Origin: Lachnospiraceae bacterium
GTDB lineage: Bacteria > Bacillota > Clostridia > Lachnospirales > Lachnospiraceae
Direction: 5' to 3'
Length of the DNA stretch: 64,000 nucleotides
NCBI GenBank assembly: GCA_021771755.1
Contig: JAETOL010000014.1
Span: forward strand, 4,751-68,750
Both the position numbers and the translations under genes were made by a program. The notes beneath the pieces are model-generated. The model ran no database searches, was not told the origin of the DNA, and saw only the letters and a list, made by a program, of their open reading frames with translations. Each line of letters begins with the position of its first letter. The stretch's first letter is position 1. Of the stretch, positions 55,766 to 64,000 are shown in pieces.

Positions 55766-58054
55766 TTACTTCTCCAGTTTCTGCTTCAGAATTCCCATAG
55801 CAACTTTTTCCGGAGTGATCGGAAGTTCCCTCACTCTTACTCCGGTTGCATTGTAGACTGCATCTGCAATTGCCGGACACGGAGTGTTGATAACCAGCTC
55901 TCCTATGGATTTTGCGCCAAATGGACCACTAGGTTCATAGCTTCCACGGATTTCCACCCGCACATCACCGATATCAAGACGAGAAGGAATCTTATACTGC
56001 ATAAAAGAATTGTTACGAATCTTTCCTTTTTCCGTGTATTGAACATCTTCATGAAGCGCCATACCAATACCCTGAACAATTCCACCTTCCGTCTGTACCC
56101 GTACAAGGTTTGGATTGATCGGTGTACCACAGTCTACTACCGCTGCATAGTCAATGACTTTGACGCTTCCTGTTTCTTTATCAACTTCTACTTCTGCCAT
56201 ACCTACCATAAACGGCGGCGGTGAAATCGGAGAACAATGGGTTCTGGTAACCTGAAGTTCCTGTGTATTTCCACAGGTTCCTTTTATCGCAACTTCTTTT
56301 AGTGAAACCTTATGTTCTTCATCTGTGAATACAAATTCCCCATCAAAATTTACTTCTTCCGGATTCACTTCCAGCATTTTTGCTCCCAGAGCACATATTT
56401 TTTTCCTCAGCTCCTGACATGCCTGAAAAACAGCCATTCCTGTTGTATAAGTAGTCGCTGATGCATAAGAACCTGAATCATAAGGAGAAATATCGGTATC
56501 TACACCAAATACCACAATATTTTCAATAGAAGTTTCCAGGCAATCTGCTGCTATCTGAGAAAGGATTGTATCACATCCGGTACCCATGTCTGTACATCCA
56601 AGGCCCAGGGTATAAGATCCGTCCTCATTCAGCTTCATATCTGCCCCGCCAACATCAATACCGGCAATTGAGGAACCCTGCATAGCCATAGCAACGCCTA
56701 CTCCTCTGACTTTTCCGTTTCCCATATCTTTATATGGATATTTTTCGTCCCAGTTCATCATTTCTTTGGCACGCTGCATACACTGATCCATCGTACAGCT
56801 AGGAGCTGTGATGCAATCCTGATATGCCGGAAGCGGTTCCCCTTCCATTGGCATATTCAGTTCACGCAATTTCACCGGATCCATCTTCATCATATGTGCA
56901 AGTTCATTTATCGCAGATTCCACTGCATAGATTCCCTGAGTAGCACCATATCCTCGGTATGCTCCTGCTGCCTGCACATTGGTGTAGACTACATCATATG
57001 CAAAACGATGCGCCTCCGTATGACGATAAAGGGCAATGGATTTATGTCCGCTTAAACCTACAGTTGTCGGACTATGCTCCCCATATGCCCCGGCATTGGA
57101 AAGAGTATAAACATCCAGGGCACGGACGATTCCATTCTCATCAGCACCAGCTCTTACGCGAATTTCCATTTCATGACGTGGAGAGGCACAGATCTGTGAT
57201 TCATAACGTGAATACAAAATTTTTGATGGGCGGCCTGTCATCCAGGTAACAAACGCAGGATAGATTTCTGTTACCGCTGTCTGTTTCGCTCCAAATCCGC
57301 CGCCGATTCTAGGTTTGATCACACGAATTTTCGAGGAAGGAATGTCCAGTGCATTCCCAAGAATTCTTCTTACATGAAATGGTACCTGTGTAGAAGAAAC
57401 CACATTCAATCGTCCAAAATAATCCTTATAACAATACGTACGGAAAGTTTCCATCATTGCCTGCTGATTTGCTTTTGTATGATAGGTACGATCTACCGTA
57501 TATTTACACTCTCCAAGAATTTTTTCCACATCACCGGATTCTTCCACTCCAGATGCACAAAGGTTTCTTTTGTTGTCTGCTCCTACCGGAATCTTTGCCT
57601 CCCAGTCCTCTTCTGGATGTACAAGGATTTTCCCATCCTTTGCCTTATGCATGTCAAGAACAGGCTCATCCACACGGTATTTTACCTTGATTCTTTTCAG
57701 AGCTTTTTCTGCGGCTGCCTCTGTTTCCGCTGCTACGATTGCAACTGCATCTCCAACAAATCTCAGTCTCTGATCCAGAATATAATGATCATAAGGACTC
57801 AATTCCGGATAGGTCTGACCCGCCAGAGTAAAACGTTTACGAGGCACATCCTTATATGTATAAACAGCCACAACACCGTTGACCTGCTTCGCTGTTCCTG
57901 TTTTAATTTCTTCGATCCAGGCATTTGCGTGAGGGCTTCGCAAAATTTTAACGATCAGACAATCTTTCGACGCCAGATCATTGGTAAATACCGGTTTTCC
58001 AGTTACCAGTGCCATCGCGTCTTTTTTTCTTACTGGCTTACTGACATAACTCAT
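55766..58054 (-). CDS. Xanthine dehydrogenase/aldehyde oxidase-family molybdopterin-binding subunit (second copy, substrate unknown)
   Basis: IGGGFGAKQ, the catalytic-Glu region SIGELVINTPCPAIADA, and N-terminal hammerhead (VTGKPVFTND). Confidence 0.85.
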   Translation of the reverse strand: MSYVSKPVRKKDAMALVTGKPVFTNDLASKDCLIVKILRSPHANAWIEEIKTGTAKQVNGVVAVYTYKDVPRKRFTLAGQTYPELSPYDHYILDQRLRFVGDAVAIVAAETEAAAEKALKRIKVKYRVDEPVLDMHKAKDGKILVHPEEDWEAKIPVGADNKRNLCASGVEESGDVEKILGECKYTVDRTYHTKANQQAMMETFRTYCYKDYFGRLNVVSSTQVPFHVRRILGNALDIPSSKIRVIKPRIGGGFGAKQTAVTEIYPAFVTWMTGRPSKILYSRYESQICASPRHEMEIRVRAGADENGIVRALDVYTLSNAGAYGEHSPTTVGLSGHKSIALYRHTEAHRFAYDVVYTNVQAAGAYRGYGATQGIYAVESAINELAHMMKMDPVKLRELNMPMEGEPLPAYQDCITAPSCTMDQCMQRAKEMMNWDEKYPYKDMGNGKVRGVGVAMAMQGSSIAGIDVGGADMKLNEDGSYTLGLGCTDMGTGCDTILSQIAADCLETSIENIVVFGVDTDISPYDSGSYASATTYTTGMAVFQACQELRKKICALGAKMLEVNPEEVNFDGEFVFTDEEHKVSLKEVAIKGTCGNTQELQVTRTHCSPISPPPFMVGMAEVEVDKETGSVKVIDYAAVVDCGTPINPNLVRVQTEGGIVQGIGMALHEDVQYTEKGKIRNNSFMQYKIPSRLDIGDVRVEIRGSYEPSGPFGAKSIGELVINTPCPAIADAVYNATGVRVRELPITPEKVAMGILKQKLEK

Positions 58055-58530
58055 TCTTCTGCCTCCTCCCTCTTCTTTGTTTTTTTATACTCGAGATATT
58101 TCAGGATACTCCTTGTTTGTCCCACAAATCCGGAACATCTGCAAAGATTTCCCGCAAGATACTCTTTGATTTCTTCTTCCGTCGGATCCTCCAGTTCATT
58201 TTCCATAGCAAAAATATTCATGATAAATCCCGGGTTACAAAATCCGCACTGTTCTGCACCTTCATCCGCCAGAAACGCCCCAAATTCCTCTGCTTCTTTC
58301 TGCATTCCTTCCATTGTCACAATTTTCTTGCCCTCTGCGCGAAGAGCAAGCATACTGCAGGAAAGAACCGGTTTGCCATCCATCAGTACTGTACACAGTC
58401 CGCAGTTAGAAGTTTCACAACCACACTTAACACTGTAACAGCCTTTTTCTCTCAAAAAGTCCAGAAGCATCGTATCTGGTTCTACTTCTTCATGACGATA
58501 AACCCCATTCAGCCAAAAACTCAGATTCAT
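58051..58530 (-). CDS. [2Fe-2S]-binding small subunit of the second XDH-family enzyme
   Basis: CETSNCGLCTV and CGFCNPG...CRCSGF. It overlaps both neighbours by 4 nt. Confidence 0.85.
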   Translation of the reverse strand: MNLSFWLNGVYRHEEVEPDTMLLDFLREKGCYSVKCGCETSNCGLCTVLMDGKPVLSCSMLALRAEGKKIVTMEGMQKEAEEFGAFLADEGAEQCGFCNPGFIMNIFAMENELEDPTEEEIKEYLAGNLCRCSGFVGQTRSILKYLEYKKTKKREEAEE

Positions 58531-59339
58531 TTTTCTATCCCTCCTAATGTTTCCCAGGCTCTTCTGGTCAATACTTCGGTAAGGAGCCTGCGATATTCTC
58601 CGGATCCACGCATATTACTGCCAACCGGTACATTTTCTGCTGCATATTCAGAAAATCTGCGCGCAGCCTCTGTTTTTTCTTTTTTCGACATTTCTGTGAA
58701 TCCATAAAGAAAATCTTCCTTATCTTCTACCACCATAGCACAGCCAGGTCTTGCGCCGATCACCGTTCGTGGCTGTTCTCCGATCAGGGACACTGCACAG
58801 GTCAGAACAGGAAAATCTGTCTCTGTGTTTCTCTGACTGAGATAAATCGTTTTCAACGGTGTTTTCTTTACGATCACAGCCTGCAGTATATCTCTGTCTT
58901 TTTTCATTTTGACAAATTCAGCAAGAGGAACTCTCCCTGCCTGATAGAGGTCTACCCAGGTGTCCATAGCAAGGAACAAAGTCAGGACATCAGAAAATCC
59001 ATATCTTCCAAAAATACTGCCTCCAACTGTGGCGCAATTACGAAACTGTACTCCAACAATGTGACGAAGGCTTTCCCGGAGAGCCCCCTGGGTAAATGCA
59101 TCCAGAGATTTATTAATTTCCAGGTCGTGAAGCGTTGTCATACATCCGATCACATATTCATCCTCCAGTTCCTGAACGGTATCCAGCCCCAGACCCGAAA
59201 GATCGATCGCTGTGGAAACATTTCGATTTCCCATTTTCAGCCATATCATTCCTCCCAGAACACAGGCACTTTTTTTCTGATTCAGCTCGTAGGCTTCAGC
59301 AATACTGTTCACCTTCACATAGCTTTTAATCTTTAGCAT
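58527..59339 (-). CDS. FAD-binding subunit (CoxM/XdhB-like) of the second XDH-family enzyme
   Basis: FAD_binding_5-like (VLGGMIWL, ATVGGSIF) plus the CO-dehydrogenase flavoprotein C-terminal domain. Gene order is FAD-FeS-Mo. Confidence 0.8.
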   Translation of the reverse strand: MLKIKSYVKVNSIAEAYELNQKKSACVLGGMIWLKMGNRNVSTAIDLSGLGLDTVQELEDEYVIGCMTTLHDLEINKSLDAFTQGALRESLRHIVGVQFRNCATVGGSIFGRYGFSDVLTLFLAMDTWVDLYQAGRVPLAEFVKMKKDRDILQAVIVKKTPLKTIYLSQRNTETDFPVLTCAVSLIGEQPRTVIGARPGCAMVVEDKEDFLYGFTEMSKKEKTEAARRFSEYAAENVPVGSNMRGSGEYRRLLTEVLTRRAWETLGGIEK

Positions 59340-59537
59340 ATGAACTTCCTTTCTTTTATAAAACTATCTAAATAACAGATATACAGTTCTGCCCTGTTAA
59401 ATGGGCATACTTAATTTTAGTCTAACAGGTATTTTTTAAAAAAGCTATATTTTTTTTAAATATACGATTATAATATTCACCTAATATTCTTATTACGTAA
59501 AAGCCAGTCCGCTTCGTAGCGGATGCTGGTTTCCTCA

Positions 59538-59572
59538 TAAAAAAGACAGCTTATTCCTAAGCCGTCCTTTTT
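59538..59572 (-). terminator. Rho-independent terminator after leuA
   Basis: On the minus strand: GACGGCTTA-GGAA-TAAGCTGTC followed by TTTTTT. A second hairpin lies just downstream (plus 59504..59529). Confidence 0.65.
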
Positions 59573-59601
59573 AATATGATTTCTATAGAAAACTTTTTGA
59601 T

Positions 59602-61257
59602 CTAACGGTTATTGATTGCTGTAACAAGCGCATCAATAGAAGCACGGATAATATCCGGGTCCACTCCGGCTCCCCAGGAAAGACTTCCATCTGGTTTCTG
59701 GATACCAACATATGCAATCGCTTTGGAACTGGAGCTTTTTTCTAAAGCATGTTCCTGATAAGTAACCAGATTAAACTTCAATTCGTAGGCTTTTTTCAAA
59801 GCATTGCTGACTGCATTAAGACGTCCATTTCCAACCGCTTCCGTGGTAATCGTTTTTCCATTAAAGCAGGAAGTTACCTGTGTCACAATTCCATCATCTT
59901 TCTGCTGGAAATGCACTTCTTTAATGCTATATGGTTCCTTCACATTCTCAAAGGTCTGTTTAAAGAGACTGAAGATTTCTTCCGGACGCAGTTCTTTATG
60001 ACTGTGGTCAGAAACTGCCTTAGCCACATAACCCATAGCCTCCCGCATTTTTGCCGGAAGATTTAAGCCAAATTTTGTTTCCAGTATATAACCAACACCG
60101 CCTTTTCCGGACTGGCTGTTAATGCGGATCACATCTGCATCGTAATTTCTTCCCACATCGGTAGGATCGATTGGAAGATAAGGCACCGTCCAGCGACCAG
60201 GATCTTTTTCTTCTCTCCAATGCATTCCTTTTGCAATAGCATCCTGATGTGAACCAGAAAAAGCGGCAAATACAAGAGCTCCACTGTACGGACTTCTTTC
60301 GTCCACCTTCATACCGGTACATTCTTCATATACTTCGCAGATATACGGCATATCAGAGAAATCAAGCTCCGGATCCACTCCCTGAGAATACATGTTCATT
60401 GCAAGTGTTACGATATCTACGTTTCCTGTACGTTCTCCATTTCCAAAAAGTGTTCCTTCTACCCTGTCTGCTCCTGCCAGAAGTCCCATTTCAGAATCCG
60501 CCACGCCACAGCCACGGTCATTATGAGGATGCTGAGAAAGAATTACATTTTCTCTGTATTTCATATTTTCACTCATGTATTCTATCTGACTGGCATAAAC
60601 ATGAGGCATGGAAAGCTGTACCGTTACAGGAAGATTGATGATGCATTTATTCTCCGGTGTCGGCTGCCAAACATCAAGTACCGCATTGCATACTTCCAGT
60701 GCATATTCCGGTTCGGTTCCTGTAAAACTTTCAGGACTGTACTCAAACTGGAAATTCCCTTCTGTCTCCTCTGCCAGTTCTTTCAAAAGTTTTGCACCTT
60801 CTACTGCAATCTGAATAATTTCTTCTTTTGATTTTTTAAATACCTGCTCTCTCTGCGCTACCGAAGTAGAATTATATACATGAATAATAGCTTTCGGTGC
60901 ACCCTTTACTGCTTCGAAAGTTTTGCGAATGATATGCTCTCTCGCTTGCGTCAGCACCTGTATCGTTACATCTTCCGGAATCAGATCCTGCTCGATCAAA
61001 GTTCTAAGAAATGTATACTCCGTTTCAGACGCCGCAGGAAAACCTACCTCAATCTCCTTAAAACCAATTTTTACAAGAAGTTTAAAAAACTCAACTTTTT
61101 GTTCCAGACTCATAGGAATCACCAAAGCCTGATTTCCATCTCGAAGATCCACACTGCACCATATCGGCGCTTTGTCTACATACTCCTTTTCTGTCCATTT
61201 CATACATTTGACAGGCGGCATATAATATTGTTTCTGATACTTTGTTACGTTTTTCAT
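59602..61257 (-). CDS. leuA: 2-isopropylmalate synthase (long, LeuA type 2 form)
   Basis: PIWCSVDLRDGNQA, HPHNDRGCGVA, and the C-terminal regulatory domain. ATG 61257 follows GGAGGGAAAGAA; the ORF-track start 61401 was rejected. Confidence 0.9.
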   Translation of the reverse strand: MKNVTKYQKQYYMPPVKCMKWTEKEYVDKAPIWCSVDLRDGNQALVIPMSLEQKVEFFKLLVKIGFKEIEVGFPAASETEYTFLRTLIEQDLIPEDVTIQVLTQAREHIIRKTFEAVKGAPKAIIHVYNSTSVAQREQVFKKSKEEIIQIAVEGAKLLKELAEETEGNFQFEYSPESFTGTEPEYALEVCNAVLDVWQPTPENKCIINLPVTVQLSMPHVYASQIEYMSENMKYRENVILSQHPHNDRGCGVADSEMGLLAGADRVEGTLFGNGERTGNVDIVTLAMNMYSQGVDPELDFSDMPYICEVYEECTGMKVDERSPYSGALVFAAFSGSHQDAIAKGMHWREEKDPGRWTVPYLPIDPTDVGRNYDADVIRINSQSGKGGVGYILETKFGLNLPAKMREAMGYVAKAVSDHSHKELRPEEIFSLFKQTFENVKEPYSIKEVHFQQKDDGIVTQVTSCFNGKTITTEAVGNGRLNAVSNALKKAYELKFNLVTYQEHALEKSSSSKAIAYVGIQKPDGSLSWGAGVDPDIIRASIDALVTAINNR

Positions 61258-61444
61258 TTCTTTCCCTCCGATTTCTGTATGATATGTCTGATTACCTTCC
61301 CACTGTTTTATATACCAGCAATTATCGTTTTTCTGTTTCACAGATTTTTTCTGATATAGAACAAAAAGGATCCTTCCGCTTCCTCGCGAAGCGTTTTTCA
61401 TTCACCAGAAAAGTCACTGCAAAATATACTACTTTTCGAATGAA

Positions 61445-61742
61445 TAAAAAATCTTCCGTCTCTTAAAATTTTTTAATTTAAGAGACGAAAGATCTATTTC
61501 CTCGCGGTACCACTCTTTTTTATGAATAAATTCATACACTCAGCGGATACGGAACACCTGCAAGCCACTGCAGCTCATTCTTATATCCTTTCCATATAAC
61601 GGTGGATCCCGTCTGTGCCTACTTTTCACCAGGAAGTTCAGACAGATGCTCCAAGGGGAGTTCCATAATTTCTTTCCGCTGTCTCTCACCAACCGACAGT
61701 TCTCTGTGCTCCAGTCCTTATGTACTGTTCCTTATCAACGCA
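61445..61742 (-). promoter_or_regulatory. T-box riboswitch leader (presumably Leu-specific) with terminator
   Basis: On the minus strand: AGAGA and GGUGAGA stem-I elements, then the conserved T-box sequence AGAGUGGUACCGCGAGG (plus 61501..61517). The terminator CCGTCTCTTAAA...TTTAAGAGACGG-AAGATTTTTT follows. A TTGACA-17-TAGTCT promoter sits upstream (plus 61772..61800). Confidence 0.7.
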
Positions 61743-61845
61743 TTTATGTATTAAATTGGTTGTTGGATATAGACTAACACGATACCAGCACTTTGTCAAG
61801 AAAAAATAGAGACATATTTTCACAACAGATCCTTTAAAAAATTGT

Positions 61846-61874
61846 TGCAAAATCATACACATTTTGATATAATA
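61846..61874 (+). promoter_or_regulatory. Promoter of tRNA-Pro
   Basis: TTGCAA - 17 nt - TATAAT, ending 8 nt before the mature tRNA 5' end. Confidence 0.6.
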
Positions 61875-61882
61875 ATTTTTAT

Positions 61883-61956
61883 CGGGGTATGGCGTAGCTT
61901 GGTAGCGCGCGCGGCTGGGGGCCGCGAGGTCGCAGGTTCAAATCCTGTTGCCCCGA
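61883..61956 (+). tRNA. tRNA-Pro (anticodon GGG)
   Basis: Hand-folded cloverleaf: CGGGGUA UG GCGU-AGCUUGGUA-GCGC G CGCGG-CUGGGGG-CCGCG AGGUC GCAGG-UUCAAAU-CCUGU UGCCCCG A. Confidence 0.9.
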
Positions 61957-61976
61957 TTTTTCCTTTAAAATCAAGG

Positions 61977-62005
61977 GTTTCCGTAATAACGGAGACTCTT
62001 TTTTT
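61977..62005 (+). terminator. Rho-independent terminator after tRNA-Pro
   Basis: GTTTCCGT-AATA-ACGGAGAC followed by TCTTTTTTT. Confidence 0.7.
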
Positions 62006-62022
62006 GATTACTCTTGATTACA

Positions 62023-64000
62023 TTATCTTATCGTATCTAATGTCTCATTATTTTTTATAATTGGAACAATATTTTCTACAAAACTATTATGAGAATATCC
62101 ATCGTAACGTTTTTTACGATTGTAAAATGTAAGAGAGGCATTTTTGTATTCCTGGCTGAGATCTGCTGTTCCATAAGCAATATCCTGAGGTCTGTTTCCA
62201 TACTGCGGGGTTCCCATATTTATGATATTTACATTGGATGTACCGGCTTCTGCTCTTTCCAGATAATAGCGAAGAACCTGTTTTTCGTATATTTTATAAT
62301 TTCCCAATGGAATTCCGGTTACCGTTACCGCCAGAACAGCATTTCCATTTCCATCCCTGGTATATCCGCCCGGAGTATAGACGACCGTTTCTTCATATTC
62401 TCTTTTCATTCCGTAACTATCTGTTCCTGTTATAACAAAAGAAAACGTAGGATTGCCATGTGCCCAGGTGATCTCTTCTTCTTTTATCTTTTTTATCACC
62501 GTAATCTGTCCCATCGGAAGCTGTTCCGGCTCATTTACTGCTTCCAGCTCCAAAATCTGACCATCTTTTTCAAGAACGATTTCCTTTTCCCAATTTCCAT
62601 GATAACCTTCCGGAGCTTTTCTTTCTCTGATCAGAAATTTACCTTTGTTATCCTTAGTGATCTCCAGATTTGAACAAATATAAAGCTTCCTGTCTCTATG
62701 GAATATAAAATCCTGTTTTTCTGCAGTTTCTGCATAATTTCCGTTTTTTTCACTCCATGCATACGCTTTAAATTCTGCTCCTGAAAGAATTTCTCCTGTT
62801 ATGGAATCCCTTTTTGTAATAAACACAGAGCCATATTTTCCCGGTATCGGATCATTTTTTACGTAAAACTGCAGCTGCACATTCGAATCGGAAAGGTTGA
62901 TTTCCTGACTCCATTCCCCCTGATATCCTTCTGGATTTTTCGTTTCCAAAATCTTGTATTTGCCAAGATTCTGATCTGTGATGAAAAGTTGTTCACTTCT
63001 GTACACACCGGAATTCATATCATATTCCAGAATTTTTCCTTTCGGACTGTAGTCATATATGGACTGATCCCATTCATAAATACAAAATTCTGCTCCCTGA
63101 AGGAAGGTCCCTGTCATAGAATCTATCTTTCGAATCTCCACTCGTTGTTCCTTCACCGGTGTATTTTCTACACGATAAAAGAAACTTCGATTTGTTCCAT
63201 TGTCCGTTAACACAAATTCCTGACTCCAGCTCCCGGTATATCCTGCCGGATTCTTTGTTTCTATGATCTTATATTTTCCCTGATTATTTTCACTATAGAT
63301 CAGACCGTCGGCTATATAACGCTTCTGATCTGCATGATAAATCAGCTGGCGTCCGTTTTCATACCTTCCCAATGTTTTATTCCATGTAAAAAGTGTAAAT
63401 TCTGCATCCGAAAGATGAACTTCTGTTCCCTCTGCCACTTTCTCTACAGATACCGCCCCTTGTATATCCGGGTCATTAGTCACATACACCGGTGTTGTTT
63501 TTCCTGCAGCAGCTGTACATGGAACAGTCACTGATGATATAAGATATCCCGGGGCTGCTGTTTTTTCTTTTATATAATAAGTTCCGGGTATCAGATCATT
63601 AAAAGTAATCTGTCCGTTTTCATTTGTAACAGCTTCTGCAACTATTGTATCTTTTTTGTACATCAGAACGCCTCCGCTGTATAAATCCTGCGCAGCATAT
63701 AAGGAGTATACCGCATCTTTTACCGGATTTCCTGTCTGCGAACAGGTTTTCTTTACAGTGATAACTCCCATTGGCTGGAAAGCCAGGTTTAATTTCAAAA
63801 GTCCTCTGTCTCCCTGATACACGCAGGCACCAAAATCCTGAATATCCATTCCTGTCTGAACAGATCCATCTACCAGAATATATTTAACTGGTCTAAGCAG
63901 CATTTTCCAGGAAAAATATTTGACACCTGAAGATTTCTTTGGATATACCACTCGAAAACAGTATCCATTTTTTAACTGCACACCTTTTCCCTTTTGCAGT
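62023..64000 (-). CDS. Large surface protein with tandem SpaA/Cna-B-type (prealbumin-fold) repeat domains; 5' end outside window
   Basis: At least four divergent modules of about 100 aa end in the G(K/T)Y.I.E.K(A/N)P.GY pattern. The frame is still open at base 64000. No LPXTG motif at the C-terminus. Confidence 0.7.
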   Translation of the reverse strand, partial: LQKGKGVQLKNGYCFRVVYPKKSSGVKYFSWKMLLRPVKYILVDGSVQTGMDIQDFGACVYQGDRGLLKLNLAFQPMGVITVKKTCSQTGNPVKDAVYSLYAAQDLYSGGVLMYKKDTIVAEAVTNENGQITFNDLIPGTYYIKEKTAAPGYLISSVTVPCTAAAGKTTPVYVTNDPDIQGAVSVEKVAEGTEVHLSDAEFTLFTWNKTLGRYENGRQLIYHADQKRYIADGLIYSENNQGKYKIIETKNPAGYTGSWSQEFVLTDNGTNRSFFYRVENTPVKEQRVEIRKIDSMTGTFLQGAEFCIYEWDQSIYDYSPKGKILEYDMNSGVYRSEQLFITDQNLGKYKILETKNPEGYQGEWSQEINLSDSNVQLQFYVKNDPIPGKYGSVFITKRDSITGEILSGAEFKAYAWSEKNGNYAETAEKQDFIFHRDRKLYICSNLEITKDNKGKFLIRERKAPEGYHGNWEKEIVLEKDGQILELEAVNEPEQLPMGQITVIKKIKEEEITWAHGNPTFSFVITGTDSYGMKREYEETVVYTPGGYTRDGNGNAVLAVTVTGIPLGNYKIYEKQVLRYYLERAEAGTSNVNIINMGTPQYGNRPQDIAYGTADLSQEYKNASLTFYNRKKRYDGYSHNSFVENIVPIIKNNETLDTIR

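Noticed and set aside
1-64000. CRISPR arrays, transposases, integrases, prophage or defence-system genes
   Set aside because: I recognised none. The only repeats are the intragenic 18-bp tandem repeats, short promoter-region direct or inverted repeats, and the divergent protein-domain repeats in the SpaA-like gene.

Overview
64-kb chromosomal segment from a low-GC strict anaerobe. Gene content looks Clostridia/Lachnospiraceae-like: PFOR, a T-box leader, tightly SD-coupled operons and choline-binding-type wall repeats. I count about 50 protein genes and 2 tRNAs, and saw no rRNA, CRISPR array, transposase or integrase. Bases 1-25.5 kb hold a selenium-linked molybdenum-hydroxylase purine/uric-acid catabolic island. 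It consists of ygeX-ygeY-ygeW-carbamate kinase on the + strand and a long minus-strand block ssnA-ygfK-xdhD-polyferredoxin / xdhA-xdhB-xdhC-yqeB-yqeC::mocA. Flanking it are a YheO-like regulator, a cytidylate-kinase-like protein, an ArsB/NhaD-type permease and a DUF1015 protein. An orphan two-gene BMC shell-protein operon and a MATE exporter sit inside the island. The island also carries candidate shared cis-elements and a structured internal leader. The rest of the window contains: cobalamin lower-ligand genes (cobT-cobU-cobS-cobU'-cobC) directly downstream of a YfhO/GT2/GtrA glycosylation trio; PFOR (nifJ); an Rrf2 regulator and CcdA; an ABC-F ATPase; YbaK; a run of secreted or envelope proteins (transglutaminase-like, NlpC/P60 with Pro/Thr tandem repeats, PLC-like, non-specific nuclease, SH3b protein, polysaccharide deacetylase); tRNA-Arg(CCG); rluF-like/ligA/metA; a second XDH-family trio (FAD-FeS-Mo order) translationally coupled to two polytopic membrane proteins; T-box-controlled leuA; tRNA-Pro(GGG); and a partial SpaA/Cna-B-type surface protein. 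All calls rest on reading the translated ORFs and the DNA by eye. No database search was run.
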